DNA of 64,000 nt from Burkholderiales bacterium. Lineage in GTDB: Bacteria > Pseudomonadota > Gammaproteobacteria > Burkholderiales > SG8-41. The stretch spans positions 4,268 through 68,267 of the forward strand of contig JAUXMZ010000008.1 in the NCBI GenBank assembly GCA_030683105.1. The letters are read 5' to 3'. The position numbers and the translations under genes are program-made. Within the stretch, counting starts at the first letter, position 1. Each line of letters begins with the position of its first letter. The notes under the pieces are model-generated. The model was not told where the DNA came from. It worked only from the letters and a program-made list of their open reading frames with translations, and ran no database searches. Of this stretch, positions 37,245 through 45,741 are shown piece by piece.

Positions 37245-38090
37245 TTACTTTTTAAATGACGCCCAGCGCCCGATCAGCGTCTGGTAGGCAGTTGCTGGCT
37301 TATATTCGCGGGCACACTGCGCAGCGGCCAGGAATTCGTGCAGTATCGGTGTGCCGTCGAGCTGACCCGGATTATTCGGGTCATGGAATTCGGGGTGCCA
37401 CTGCAGGCCCACCACGTAGCCGGGACCGCGCCAGCGGATCGCCTCGACGATATTATCCGGCACCGCCAGCGCCTCGACGGCGAAATCGCGCCCAAGATCT
37501 TTCACCGCCTGATGGTGGATGCTGTTGACGCGCACGGTTTGCCGGCCCGGGTAGAGTCGCGCCAACCCGGAGCCTTCAACCAGGGAAATCTCATGATAGT
37601 TCTGGTCATAGGCAGCGACGTTGTGATGCTCCAGCTCATCGCCATGCTGGTGCATGATGTCCTGGTAGAGCGTGCCGCCGTAAGCGACATTGATCAACTG
37701 CAGCCCGCGGCAGATGCCCAGCACCGGTTTTCTGGCAGCAACGAACGCCTGCACCAGGTCCATTTCGTACATGTCGCGTATGCGATCGCCGTCCCATTCT
37801 GTCTTGAGCGACGTCTCGCCGTAAGTGATCGGGCTGATGTCGGCGCCGCCCTGCAGCACCAGCCCGTCCAGCGACGCGACATAATCCGCGACACGAATGT
37901 TGCCGCGGCGCAGCAGCCCGCCGCCCTCGATAGACGGAATCATGAAGACCAGCGCATTGGCCGTCATCAGCCAGTGCGCAATCGACTGCTCCAGATACTG
38001 CAAAGTCTTGCCGCGGAAACCCAGTTCCTGGGGCACCTTGTGCAAAAAACGCGGCGACAATCCGATTTTCAGCGGTTGGGTCATGGCCAT
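37245..38090 (-). CDS. Gamma-glutamyl hydrolase-type class I glutamine amidotransferase (peptidase C26, PuuD-like)
   Basis: 281 aa. Nucleophile elbow GICRGLQLIN and LQWHPE histidine motif. Second in-frame ATG at 38084. Confidence 0.8.
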   Translation of the reverse strand: MAMTQPLKIGLSPRFLHKVPQELGFRGKTLQYLEQSIAHWLMTANALVFMIPSIEGGGLLRRGNIRVADYVASLDGLVLQGGADISPITYGETSLKTEWDGDRIRDMYEMDLVQAFVAARKPVLGICRGLQLINVAYGGTLYQDIMHQHGDELEHHNVAAYDQNYHEISLVEGSGLARLYPGRQTVRVNSIHHQAVKDLGRDFAVEALAVPDNIVEAIRWRGPGYVVGLQWHPEFHDPNNPGQLDGTPILHEFLAAAQCAREYKPATAYQTLIGRWASFKK

Positions 38091-38160
38091 CTACTTAGCC
38101 AACAAAAAATTAACCGGCGGTTTCATCGGTTTTGATCTTTTTGATATGCGCTCTTAGAGT
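38091..38160. repeat. Minimal (~70 bp) derivative of the repeat family, copy R3
   Basis: CTACTTAGCC...TTAACCGGCGGTTTCATCGGTTTTGATCTTTTTGATATGCGCTCTTAGAG. Matches the terminal ~45 nt of R4 plus a GGCTAA-type end. Confidence 0.7.
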
Positions 38161-38167
38161 CCCGATG

Positions 38168-39307
38168 TTACGGGCTCTCGGCCGCACGCCCCATCCACAA
38201 ATCGCTCTGCAGGCGCACGACGTCATTAAAAGAATTGTAGCGCTTATACGTCTCGCGCAGCCAGCGGGCATCGCTGCGACCGGTTTCGATATCGGCGGCA
38301 AGCGCCTGCAACGCAGCGCCATTGCCCAGTTCGGCGGCGTGGCGCTCGATACGCCGAAGCGTGGCGAGCACGTCCTCGCGCAGACCTACGCTATGCTGGG
38401 TGTGGGCATCGACCAGATTGCCGGCCAGCCCGTAACGGCACGCCTGGAAGCGGTTGTGACTGTAGACTAAATAGATGTCAGGTGACGGCATATGTGGCCG
38501 CTCGGCGAGCAGGTAGCAGGCCAACGACTGGACATAAGCCGCCAGCAACGCCGCGCGTTCCACCGTGAGCGGCGTGTCGAACACCCGGACCTCGACTGTT
38601 CCATATTCGGGCTTGGGACGAATGTCCCAGTAGATATCTTTCAGGCTTTCGATGATGCCAAAACCGCGCATCTTGTCGATGTACGCAACGAACTCGCTCC
38701 AGGACTGCACGAAGGGCGCATGCCCGGACAACGGGAAGGCATTCACCGTGTTCAGGCGTGACGACTGATAGGCCGTGTCCTGCCCCTCCTGAAACGGCGA
38801 GGAAGCCGACAACGCGATGAAATGCGGCACGTAGCGCGCCAGCATGTGGATCAGATACATCGCGTCATCGCCACCGGGACAACCGACGTGCACGTGCTGC
38901 CCGAAAATGGTGAACTGTTTGGCTAGGTAGCCGTAGACGTCGAGCAGGCGCTTGAAGCGTTCCGTGGGATAAATGCGCCGGTCGCTCCAGTTGTGGAACG
39001 GATGGGAGCCGCCGCCGGCTATGCGCACATTGAGCCGCTCCGCCGCCGTTACCATCGCATCGCGGATCTGCCGCAGTTCACTCACCATCGAGTCGTGATT
39101 CCGATGCACAGAAGTGTTCAGCTCAACCATGCTCTCGGTAATTTCCGGTTTGATTAATCCCGGATGAGAATTTTTCTCCAGCAGCCCAATAAGATCTGCC
39201 GCATCGCGGGCCAGGTTAAAGTCGCGCGAATTGAGTATCTGCAGTTCGAGTTCGACGCCGACGCTGCATTCATGGGAAGATTTGAACTCCATCTGACTTT
39301 CGCTCAT
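38168..39307 (-). CDS. ybdK: Carboxylate-amine ligase, glutamate-cysteine ligase family 2 (YbdK-like)
   Basis: 379 aa. N-terminal VGVELELQI and the overall GCS2 pattern. ATGA overlap with the upstream CPA2 gene. Confidence 0.8.
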   Translation of the reverse strand: MSESQMEFKSSHECSVGVELELQILNSRDFNLARDAADLIGLLEKNSHPGLIKPEITESMVELNTSVHRNHDSMVSELRQIRDAMVTAAERLNVRIAGGGSHPFHNWSDRRIYPTERFKRLLDVYGYLAKQFTIFGQHVHVGCPGGDDAMYLIHMLARYVPHFIALSASSPFQEGQDTAYQSSRLNTVNAFPLSGHAPFVQSWSEFVAYIDKMRGFGIIESLKDIYWDIRPKPEYGTVEVRVFDTPLTVERAALLAAYVQSLACYLLAERPHMPSPDIYLVYSHNRFQACRYGLAGNLVDAHTQHSVGLREDVLATLRRIERHAAELGNGAALQALAADIETGRSDARWLRETYKRYNSFNDVVRLQSDLWMGRAAESP

Positions 39308-40515
39308 TGCTGCTTTTCTTCGTTGGTTTCACCCGCCTGTTTCAACGCAAACTGCACGGCGATCGGGCCGAGCAGTTCCAGGATCAGCACCGCGGAGAGC
39401 ACGATCGCCGAGAGCTTGACGCCGAATTCCGGATACAGATCCGCCGTGCCCTGCACCATGACCAGCGCCGTGCTCGACATCGGCGTGAGCGCGATGCACA
39501 GCAACCCGGCGCTGCCCGCGCGCACGCCGGAAAAATGAGTGAGGCTCAGCACGCCGATCGACTTGCCGGCGAAGCGCGCCAGGATGTAGACCAGCGCCAG
39601 ACCGCCGCCGGCGGCCATCTCGGAGAGCTGCAGACTGGCCCCGCCGATCACGAACAGCACCACGAAGAACAGCTGCCCGACGCGGCCGGTGTCTACCGCC
39701 ATCAGGTCATGGCGCCGGTCGAGATTGCGAACCATCACGCCCAAGGCAAGCAGCGCCAGCAGCACCGACAGCTCGAGCATTCGGGCTGCCCCTACCGTAA
39801 CGGCAACCAGCGCCAGCAACAGCACGAGGTGACGCTCCGCGCTTTTGCACAGCCAGCGCGCCAGCAGCAGCGCAAGCATGCAGGCGGCATAGCCCAGGGC
39901 CAGCGAGCCGGCCAGCATGTACATCGGATGCAGCGCCACCGTGATCCATCCGGCCTGGTATTCGTGGTGGACCCCCGACAGCAGCATGGTCATCAACACG
40001 AAAGCAATCACGCTGTTGATCGCAACCAGGTTGAGCGCGCGTTCGGTGACCTGGCCTTCGGCGCGCAGTTCCTGGGATACCAGCATCACCACGGCCGGCG
40101 AAGTGGAAACGCCGATCGCGGCGGCCACCGCGGCAAATAACGGTTTGACGTCGAAATAAACCAGCGCGAAATACATAAAAGCGAACGACAGCGCGCTTTC
40201 CAGCACGCCGGTAGCCAGCAGCCAGCGGTCTTTTTTAAGCCAGGTGACATCGAGCCGGCGGCCGAGTTCGAACAGAACGAGACCCAGCGCAATATCGACA
40301 AAGATCCTTGCCTCGGCGATCAGTTTATCGTCGAGCAGCCCGGAGCCGCTGGCGCCAAGCAGCATGCCCATCAGCACGTAGCCGGTGATGCGCGGCAAAT
40401 GAAGCAAGCGCTTGACGAGTTCGCCGCCGATCAGACCGGCGAGCAGCAGCAATCCAAACAGCGCAAGCGGGTTGGCGGGAAACGGAAGCTGCGGCAGAAA
40501 ATCGAGATACGTCAT
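39304..40515 (-). CDS. Cation:proton antiporter (CPA2 membrane domain only, no KTN domain)
   Basis: 403 aa with about 12 TM segments. N-terminal LLLAGLIGGELVKRLLHLPRITGYVLMGMLLG is typical of Kef/NapA-type exchangers. Confidence 0.8.
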   Translation of the reverse strand: MTYLDFLPQLPFPANPLALFGLLLLAGLIGGELVKRLLHLPRITGYVLMGMLLGASGSGLLDDKLIAEARIFVDIALGLVLFELGRRLDVTWLKKDRWLLATGVLESALSFAFMYFALVYFDVKPLFAAVAAAIGVSTSPAVVMLVSQELRAEGQVTERALNLVAINSVIAFVLMTMLLSGVHHEYQAGWITVALHPMYMLAGSLALGYAACMLALLLARWLCKSAERHLVLLLALVAVTVGAARMLELSVLLALLALGVMVRNLDRRHDLMAVDTGRVGQLFFVVLFVIGGASLQLSEMAAGGGLALVYILARFAGKSIGVLSLTHFSGVRAGSAGLLCIALTPMSSTALVMVQGTADLYPEFGVKLSAIVLSAVLILELLGPIAVQFALKQAGETNEEKQQ

Positions 40516-40716
40516 AGCGGGCGATCCACGTTGTTCGGCACTTGGGCGTGCCGCCTCCTGTCAACGTCTGCTTGCCGAGCGATGCCTGCGTCGATCCTCG
40601 ATATCAGACGCAAAGCACTGGGCATTATTTGTTAAAGTTATTTTAATCAGACCGCGCATGCAGGAAAAGTTCCCGCCCGGCCGCGATCCACGGCAGCAAT
40701 GGTAAACAGGCACTAG

Positions 40717-41382
40717 TCAGGGCGCAAGAATGATGTGCACGCGATACGGGCCGTGCGCGCCGAGGGTGACAGTCTGTTCGATATCGGCGGTGCGCGAGGG
40801 ACCGGAAATGAAATTGACCGCGCGCGGCAAGTGCTCAAATTCAGCGCGCAGCAGTTCCCAGGCGTCTTCCATGCCGCGCACGATGCGCGTTTTGTGCACA
40901 ACGGCGATATGGGTCTCCGGCAGCAGGCTCACCGCAGCGGGCGTGTGCGGCCCGGAAAGCGTCATCAACGTGCCGGTCTCGGCGATGGCGCAAAAAGCTC
41001 CGGTGATGCCCACCAGGTCGTCACCGCGCGCGTTGCGCGCCTCGACCTCCATCCCGCTGCCCGCCCAGTCGAGGCCGGTGAATTCCTGCCAGCACACGGC
41101 GCGCAGCGGCAGATTATTCTCACGCAGATAGACGGCGGTTGCCGCCGGTATTGCGCTGTCCGATCCGATCTCATGCCAGGTGCTGGCAAGATCCAGGGCG
41201 CGCTCGCGAAAGCGCGTGACCAGCTCCCCGTCAGATGCGGGACGCGGGCTCTGCGGGTGCGCGCGAATATGCGCGCGCACGGCTTCGCGCTCCGCATCAT
41301 CCGGCACGCCGCTTCTGCCTTGCGCCGCACGAATGCGCGAAAGAATCGCCTTGCGCGCGGCGCTGTTTTCTTCACTCTTCAC
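40717..41382 (-). CDS. lutC: Lactate utilization protein C (LUD domain)
   Basis: 221 aa, LutC/YkgG-like. GTG start lies inside a heptamer repeat. Confidence 0.75.
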   Translation of the reverse strand: MKSEENSAARKAILSRIRAAQGRSGVPDDAEREAVRAHIRAHPQSPRPASDGELVTRFRERALDLASTWHEIGSDSAIPAATAVYLRENNLPLRAVCWQEFTGLDWAGSGMEVEARNARGDDLVGITGAFCAIAETGTLMTLSGPHTPAAVSLLPETHIAVVHKTRIVRGMEDAWELLRAEFEHLPRAVNFISGPSRTADIEQTVTLGAHGPYRVHIILAP

Positions 41383-41405
41383 CCTTCACCCTTCACCCTT
41401 CACCC
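41371..41405. repeat. Tandem heptamer TTCACYC x5 spanning the mmsA stop and the lutC start
   Basis: ttcactc ttcaccc ttcaccc ttcaccc ttcaccc. The mmsA TGA (41400-41402) and the lutC GTG (41380-41382) are both repeat units read on the minus strand (GGGTGAA). Confidence 0.9.
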
Positions 41406-42920
41406 AAGAGTGGGCATGTTGAGGCCGGGTGCGGCGACATCGCCCGCCGGCCAGCGCGTGGTCACGACCTTGGTGCGGGTATAGAAGGTGACGCCTTCCA
41501 TGCCGTGCACGTGCAGGTCGCCGAACAGCGAATTCTTCCAGCCGCCAAACGAGAAAAACGCCATCGGCACGGGGATCGGGACATTGACGCCGACCATCCC
41601 CACTTCGATCTCGTTCTGAAAGCGGCGTGCCGCGCCGCCCGAGCGCGTGAAAATCGCGGTGCCGTTGCCGTAGGGGTTGCTGTTGACGAGTTCGATCGCT
41701 TCATCGAAGGTATTCACGCGCAACACCACCAGCACCGGGCCGAAGATCTCGTCCTTGTATATCGTCATCTCGGGGGTGACGTGGTCGAACAGCGATGCGC
41801 CCAGAAAAAAACCCTGCTCGTGGCCGGCAACCTTGGCGCCGCGGCCATCGAGAACGAGTTTGGCGCCTTCGCTCACACCCTTGTCGATGTAGCTCGCGAC
41901 CTTGTCGCGGTGAACCCGCGTGATGAGCGGGCCCATCTCGACGCCGTGCTGGTCGCCCGGCCCGATCGGCAGCTTCGCCGCTTTCATGCGGATTTTTTCC
42001 ACCAGCGCATCACCCGCATCGCCCACGGCCACCACTGCGGAAATCGCCATGCAGCGCTCGCCGGCGGAAACGTAACCCGCACCGATCAGCGCATCCGCCG
42101 TGAAATCGAGATCGGCATCGGGCAACACCACGGCGTGATTCTTCGCGCCGCCCAGCGCCTGCACCCGCTTGCCGTGCCGCGCCGCGGTCTCGTATACGTA
42201 CTTGGCGATCGGCGTCGAACCCACGAACGACAACGCCTTGATATCGGCATGAGTGAGTATTGCGTCCACCGCCTCCTTGTCGCCGTGCACGACGTTGAAT
42301 ACGCCGTCGGGCAGTCCCGCTTCTTTGAACAGTTCCGCCATGAGCATCGAAGCCGACGGCACCTTTTCGGAAGGTTTCAGCACGAACGTGTTGCCGCAGG
42401 CGATCGCCACCGGAAACATCCACAGCGGCACCATCACCGGAAAATTGAACGGGGTGATGCCGGCGCACACGCCTATCGGCTGTAGCATGGAATGGCAGTC
42501 GATGCCGCGCCCGACGTCCTCGGCATGCTCGCCCTTGAGCAAATGCGGCACGCCGCTTGCGAACTCGACCACCTCTATGCCCCGCTGCAGCGAGCCCGCC
42601 GCATCGGCGAGCGTCTTGCCGTGCTCCTCAGTGATGAGCCGCGTGAAATCCTGGCGATGCGCCTCGAGCAGTTCACGAAAACGCGTCAGGATACGCGCGC
42701 GCCGTATCGACGGCGTGGCGCGCCATTCCGGAAAAGCGGCTTGGGCCGCCGCCACTGCGGCGTTGATGTCGGCGCTGTTGCACAACGGTACGCGGCGCAC
42801 CGTTGTTCCGTTCGCCGGATTGGTCACGTCACCGAAGCGCTTGCTGGTGGCCGCCTGTTTTTTGCCGTCGATCCACAGCGCAATGGTTTCAGTGCTGTGT
42901 ATGTCCGCTGGTTTATTCAT
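41400..42920 (-). CDS. mmsA: CoA-acylating methylmalonate/malonate-semialdehyde dehydrogenase
   Basis: Aldehyde dehydrogenase fold with FPVMVPLWMFPVAIACGNTFVLKPSE and catalytic GERCMA. Start set at the second ATG (AGGAG 6 nt upstream). The ORF-track ATG at 42926 abuts the SD. Confidence 0.85.
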   Translation of the reverse strand: MNKPADIHSTETIALWIDGKKQAATSKRFGDVTNPANGTTVRRVPLCNSADINAAVAAAQAAFPEWRATPSIRRARILTRFRELLEAHRQDFTRLITEEHGKTLADAAGSLQRGIEVVEFASGVPHLLKGEHAEDVGRGIDCHSMLQPIGVCAGITPFNFPVMVPLWMFPVAIACGNTFVLKPSEKVPSASMLMAELFKEAGLPDGVFNVVHGDKEAVDAILTHADIKALSFVGSTPIAKYVYETAARHGKRVQALGGAKNHAVVLPDADLDFTADALIGAGYVSAGERCMAISAVVAVGDAGDALVEKIRMKAAKLPIGPGDQHGVEMGPLITRVHRDKVASYIDKGVSEGAKLVLDGRGAKVAGHEQGFFLGASLFDHVTPEMTIYKDEIFGPVLVVLRVNTFDEAIELVNSNPYGNGTAIFTRSGGAARRFQNEIEVGMVGVNVPIPVPMAFFSFGGWKNSLFGDLHVHGMEGVTFYTRTKVVTTRWPAGDVAAPGLNMPTLG

Positions 42921-42926
42921 CGCCAT

Positions 42927-43248
42927 CTCCTAAGAGCGCATATCAAAAAGATCAAGACCGATGTAACCGCCCGGCCCTCATCCCTGACCCTTCTCCCCTG
43001 GTGGAGAAGGGAAACAATTGCCTCCTCTCTCCCTTTGGGAGAGAGGTCGGGAGAGAGGGATCAAACGCCGATGGATTCACTTTTATACCCGCTCGACGGG
43101 TACGTCGATCGAACCACGTCAAAAGCTTCTGCAGCCAATGATAAATATTAATATATAAAACAACCGGTTATACTCCATCTCCGGGTAATTACAACTTGGA
43201 ATTTTGAATTTTCATCGGCGTTCATCGGCGGCTAATTTTTACTTTGCA
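42927..43248. repeat. Composite repeat copy R4
   Basis: CCTAAGAGCGCATATCAAAAAGATCAAGACCGATGTAACCGCCCGGCCCTCATCCCTGACCC...GGGAGAGAGGTCGGGAGAGAGGGATC, then an ACCCGCTCGACGGGTAC hairpin module, an AT-rich core, and TTCATCGGCGTTCATCGGCGGCTAAT. Confidence 0.85.
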
Positions 43249-43250
43249 GT

Positions 43251-44660
43251 TTACCCTTTGCGTATTTTCTGACTATACAGTTCACGAAACGTTTTGCCCT
43301 GCGGCGCCGGCATGTCGCGGCCGGCGGTCCAGCCGCCACCCAGTGGTAAATGGTGTATCCGTTTTTCCGCGCCGCCCATGTACGCCAGCATGCGCGCGCC
43401 TATACGCGACAGGACCGCGTAAAGCGCTGGATGACGGGCGGTCCATCCCCACAGAGCCAGGCCCAGTTTTTCCGGCCACGGCTTCAGGCCCCGCTCGAAC
43501 TGCCGTTCGCGCAGCTTGCGCATCAGGTCCGGCAGCGGAATCTTGACCGGACAGACCACTCCGCACTGGTTGCACAGTGTAGAGGCATTGGGCAGATCGA
43601 GCGCATTCTCGATGCCGACATAGGACGGAGTAAGAATCGAGCCCATCGGCCCCGGGTACACCCAGCCGTAAGCATGGCCGCCGACGCTCTGGTAGACCGG
43701 GCAATGGTTCATGCATGCGCCGCAGCGGATGCAGCGCAGCATAGCCTGCATGTCGCCGCCGATGAGTTTAGTGCGGCCGGCGTCGACCAGGATGATATGG
43801 AAATGCTCCGGACCATCGAGGTCGGCGGCGTCTTTGACGCCGGTGTTGACCGAGATGTAATTGGTGATCGTCTGGCCGGTGCCATGGCGCGGCAGCAGCC
43901 GCAGCAGTGTCGTCGCATCCTCCAGTGTGGGCACCACTTTCTCTATGCCCGTGATCGCCACATGCACGCGCGGCAGCGTCGTTACCATGCGCCCGTTGCC
44001 CTCGTTGGTGACGATCAGCGTCGACCCGGTCTCGGCGACGATGAAGTTGGCGCCGGAGATGCCCATGTCCGCCGACAGGAAATGCGGCCGCAGAATCTCA
44101 CGCGCCTCGCGGCACAAATCAGGTATCCGGGTTTTGCGCGTAAGCTTATGTTTTTCCTCGAAAAGATCCGATACATCCTCCTTGCTCTTGTGCACCACCG
44201 GGGCAACGATGTGAGACGGCGGTTCGTGCGCGAGCTGCAGGATGTATTCGCCGAGATCGGTTTCGATGACTTCGATGCCCGCCGCCTCCAGCGCATCGTT
44301 GAGCGCGCACTCCTCGCTCACCATCGATTTCGATTTTGCGGCCTTGCGCACGCCGTAGCGCACCGCGAGTTCGCACACGATGCGATTGGCTTCTTCGGCG
44401 GTTTCCGCCCAGTGCACCACCGCGCCGCGCGCCGTGGCGTTTGTTTCGAATTCTTCGAGATAGACGTCGAGGTTGGCAAGCGCGCGATCGCGAATCTCGG
44501 CGGCGGCGGTGCGGATGGCCTCGAAGTTGTCGAGCTCGGCGACGCGGTCAGCACGCCCCTTGACGAAATTGCCCTGCAGCTTCCTGAGCGCGGCCTGCAG
44601 CTTGACGTCGGCGAGCTTCTCGCCGGCGCGCGCTTTGAAATTCATGGACGTAACTTGCAT
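43251..44660 (-). CDS. lutB: Lactate utilization protein B (4Fe-4S cluster protein)
   Basis: 469 aa. Ferredoxin-type motifs CIRCGACMNHCP and CNQCGVVCP. Confidence 0.85.
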   Translation of the reverse strand: MQVTSMNFKARAGEKLADVKLQAALRKLQGNFVKGRADRVAELDNFEAIRTAAAEIRDRALANLDVYLEEFETNATARGAVVHWAETAEEANRIVCELAVRYGVRKAAKSKSMVSEECALNDALEAAGIEVIETDLGEYILQLAHEPPSHIVAPVVHKSKEDVSDLFEEKHKLTRKTRIPDLCREAREILRPHFLSADMGISGANFIVAETGSTLIVTNEGNGRMVTTLPRVHVAITGIEKVVPTLEDATTLLRLLPRHGTGQTITNYISVNTGVKDAADLDGPEHFHIILVDAGRTKLIGGDMQAMLRCIRCGACMNHCPVYQSVGGHAYGWVYPGPMGSILTPSYVGIENALDLPNASTLCNQCGVVCPVKIPLPDLMRKLRERQFERGLKPWPEKLGLALWGWTARHPALYAVLSRIGARMLAYMGGAEKRIHHLPLGGGWTAGRDMPAPQGKTFRELYSQKIRKG

Positions 44661-44783
44661 AAAAACCTTAAGCCACAGAGGTCACAGAGGATTCTTTTCA
44701 ATACCCGCTTGACGGGTACACAGAGAACGACCCGAATCAGACCACGCACATACTCTGTGATCTCTGTGTTCTCTGTGGCTAAT
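44661..44783. repeat. CACAGAG-armed repeat, copy R5; fills the entire lutA-lutB spacer
   Basis: AAAAACCTTAAGCCACAGAGGTCACAGAGG, then the ACCCGCTTGACGGGTAC module, then CTCTGTGATCTCTGTGTTCTCTGTGGCTAAT. The lutA TAG lies in GGCTAAT, and the lutB ATG abuts the other end. Confidence 0.85.
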
Positions 44784-45513
44784 CATTGCCATCTGTTCCT
44801 GCGAGGACCTCGGCAACATGCAGCACCTGCGTTTTCATGTCGCCGCGCCGGCGCAGCCGGCCTTCGATATTGAGCATGCACCCCAGGTCGCCAAGCACCA
44901 GCGCATCGGCGCCGCTCGCCGCGACATTGTTGCACTTGTTGTCTGCCAACCGCGTCGATATCTCGCCGAACTTGACGGCGAAGGTGCCCCCAAAGCCGCA
45001 GCACACTTCCGCCTCCTCCATTTCCTTGAGCTTCAATCCCTGCATCTTCGCGAGCAACTGGCGCGGCTGCGACTTCACGCCCGCTTCGCGCAGGCCCGAA
45101 CAGGAGTCATGATAGGTCACGGTTCCATCAAAGCGCCCCGGCACCTGCTCAAGCCTGGCGACATTGACCAGAAAATCAGTCAGTTCGTAGGTGCGCCCGC
45201 ATAACCGCTTGATGCGTTCGAGTTCTTCGGGCTGGTCGGAGAACAGATCCGGGTAGTGCGCGCGTATCATGCCGGCGCAGGAGCCCGAAGGCGCGACCAG
45301 ATAATCGCAGGCCTCAAACTCATTCAGCACCTTGCGCGCCAGCGCCTGTGCAGAGGCGCGGTCGCCCGAGTTGTAACCGGGCTGGCCGCAGCAGGTCTGC
45401 GTTTGCGGCACGACGACCTCGCAACCGGCGGCTTCCAGCAGCTTCAAGGCTGCAAAACCGATGCTGGGGCGGAACAGATCGACGAGACAGGTGACGAAGA
45501 GGCCGACGCGCAT
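44779..45513 (-). CDS. lutA: Lactate utilization protein A (CCG-domain Fe-S oxidoreductase)
   Basis: 244 aa with two CCG motifs (TCCGQPGYNSG and VCCGFGGTF). Confidence 0.85.
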   Translation of the reverse strand: MRVGLFVTCLVDLFRPSIGFAALKLLEAAGCEVVVPQTQTCCGQPGYNSGDRASAQALARKVLNEFEACDYLVAPSGSCAGMIRAHYPDLFSDQPEELERIKRLCGRTYELTDFLVNVARLEQVPGRFDGTVTYHDSCSGLREAGVKSQPRQLLAKMQGLKLKEMEEAEVCCGFGGTFAVKFGEISTRLADNKCNNVAASGADALVLGDLGCMLNIEGRLRRRGDMKTQVLHVAEVLAGTDGND

Positions 45514-45713
45514 TATTCAAAACCATTATTAGCCACAGAAGATCATTATCCCAGAAAACAGGTAATGGAACCGCTGATGCCGGTCCTGACAAAGGGACGC
45601 AGATCAAAAGCATTTGCCACAGAGAGCACAGAGGTCACAGAGAAAAGGAAAATCTTTCCCGTTTTTTGTTGTTTCTCTGTGTCCTCTGTGACCTCTGTGG
45701 CTAAAAAGGTTTG
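45514..45713. repeat. CACAGAG-armed repeat, copy R6
   Basis: AAAACCATTATTAGCCACAGAAG...GCCACAGAGAGCACAGAGGTCACAGAG...CTCTGTGTCCTCTGTGACCTCTGTGGCTAAAAAGGTTT. Confidence 0.8.
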
Positions 45714-45741
45714 GGGGGGTGGCGGATCTGAATCCCAGGCC

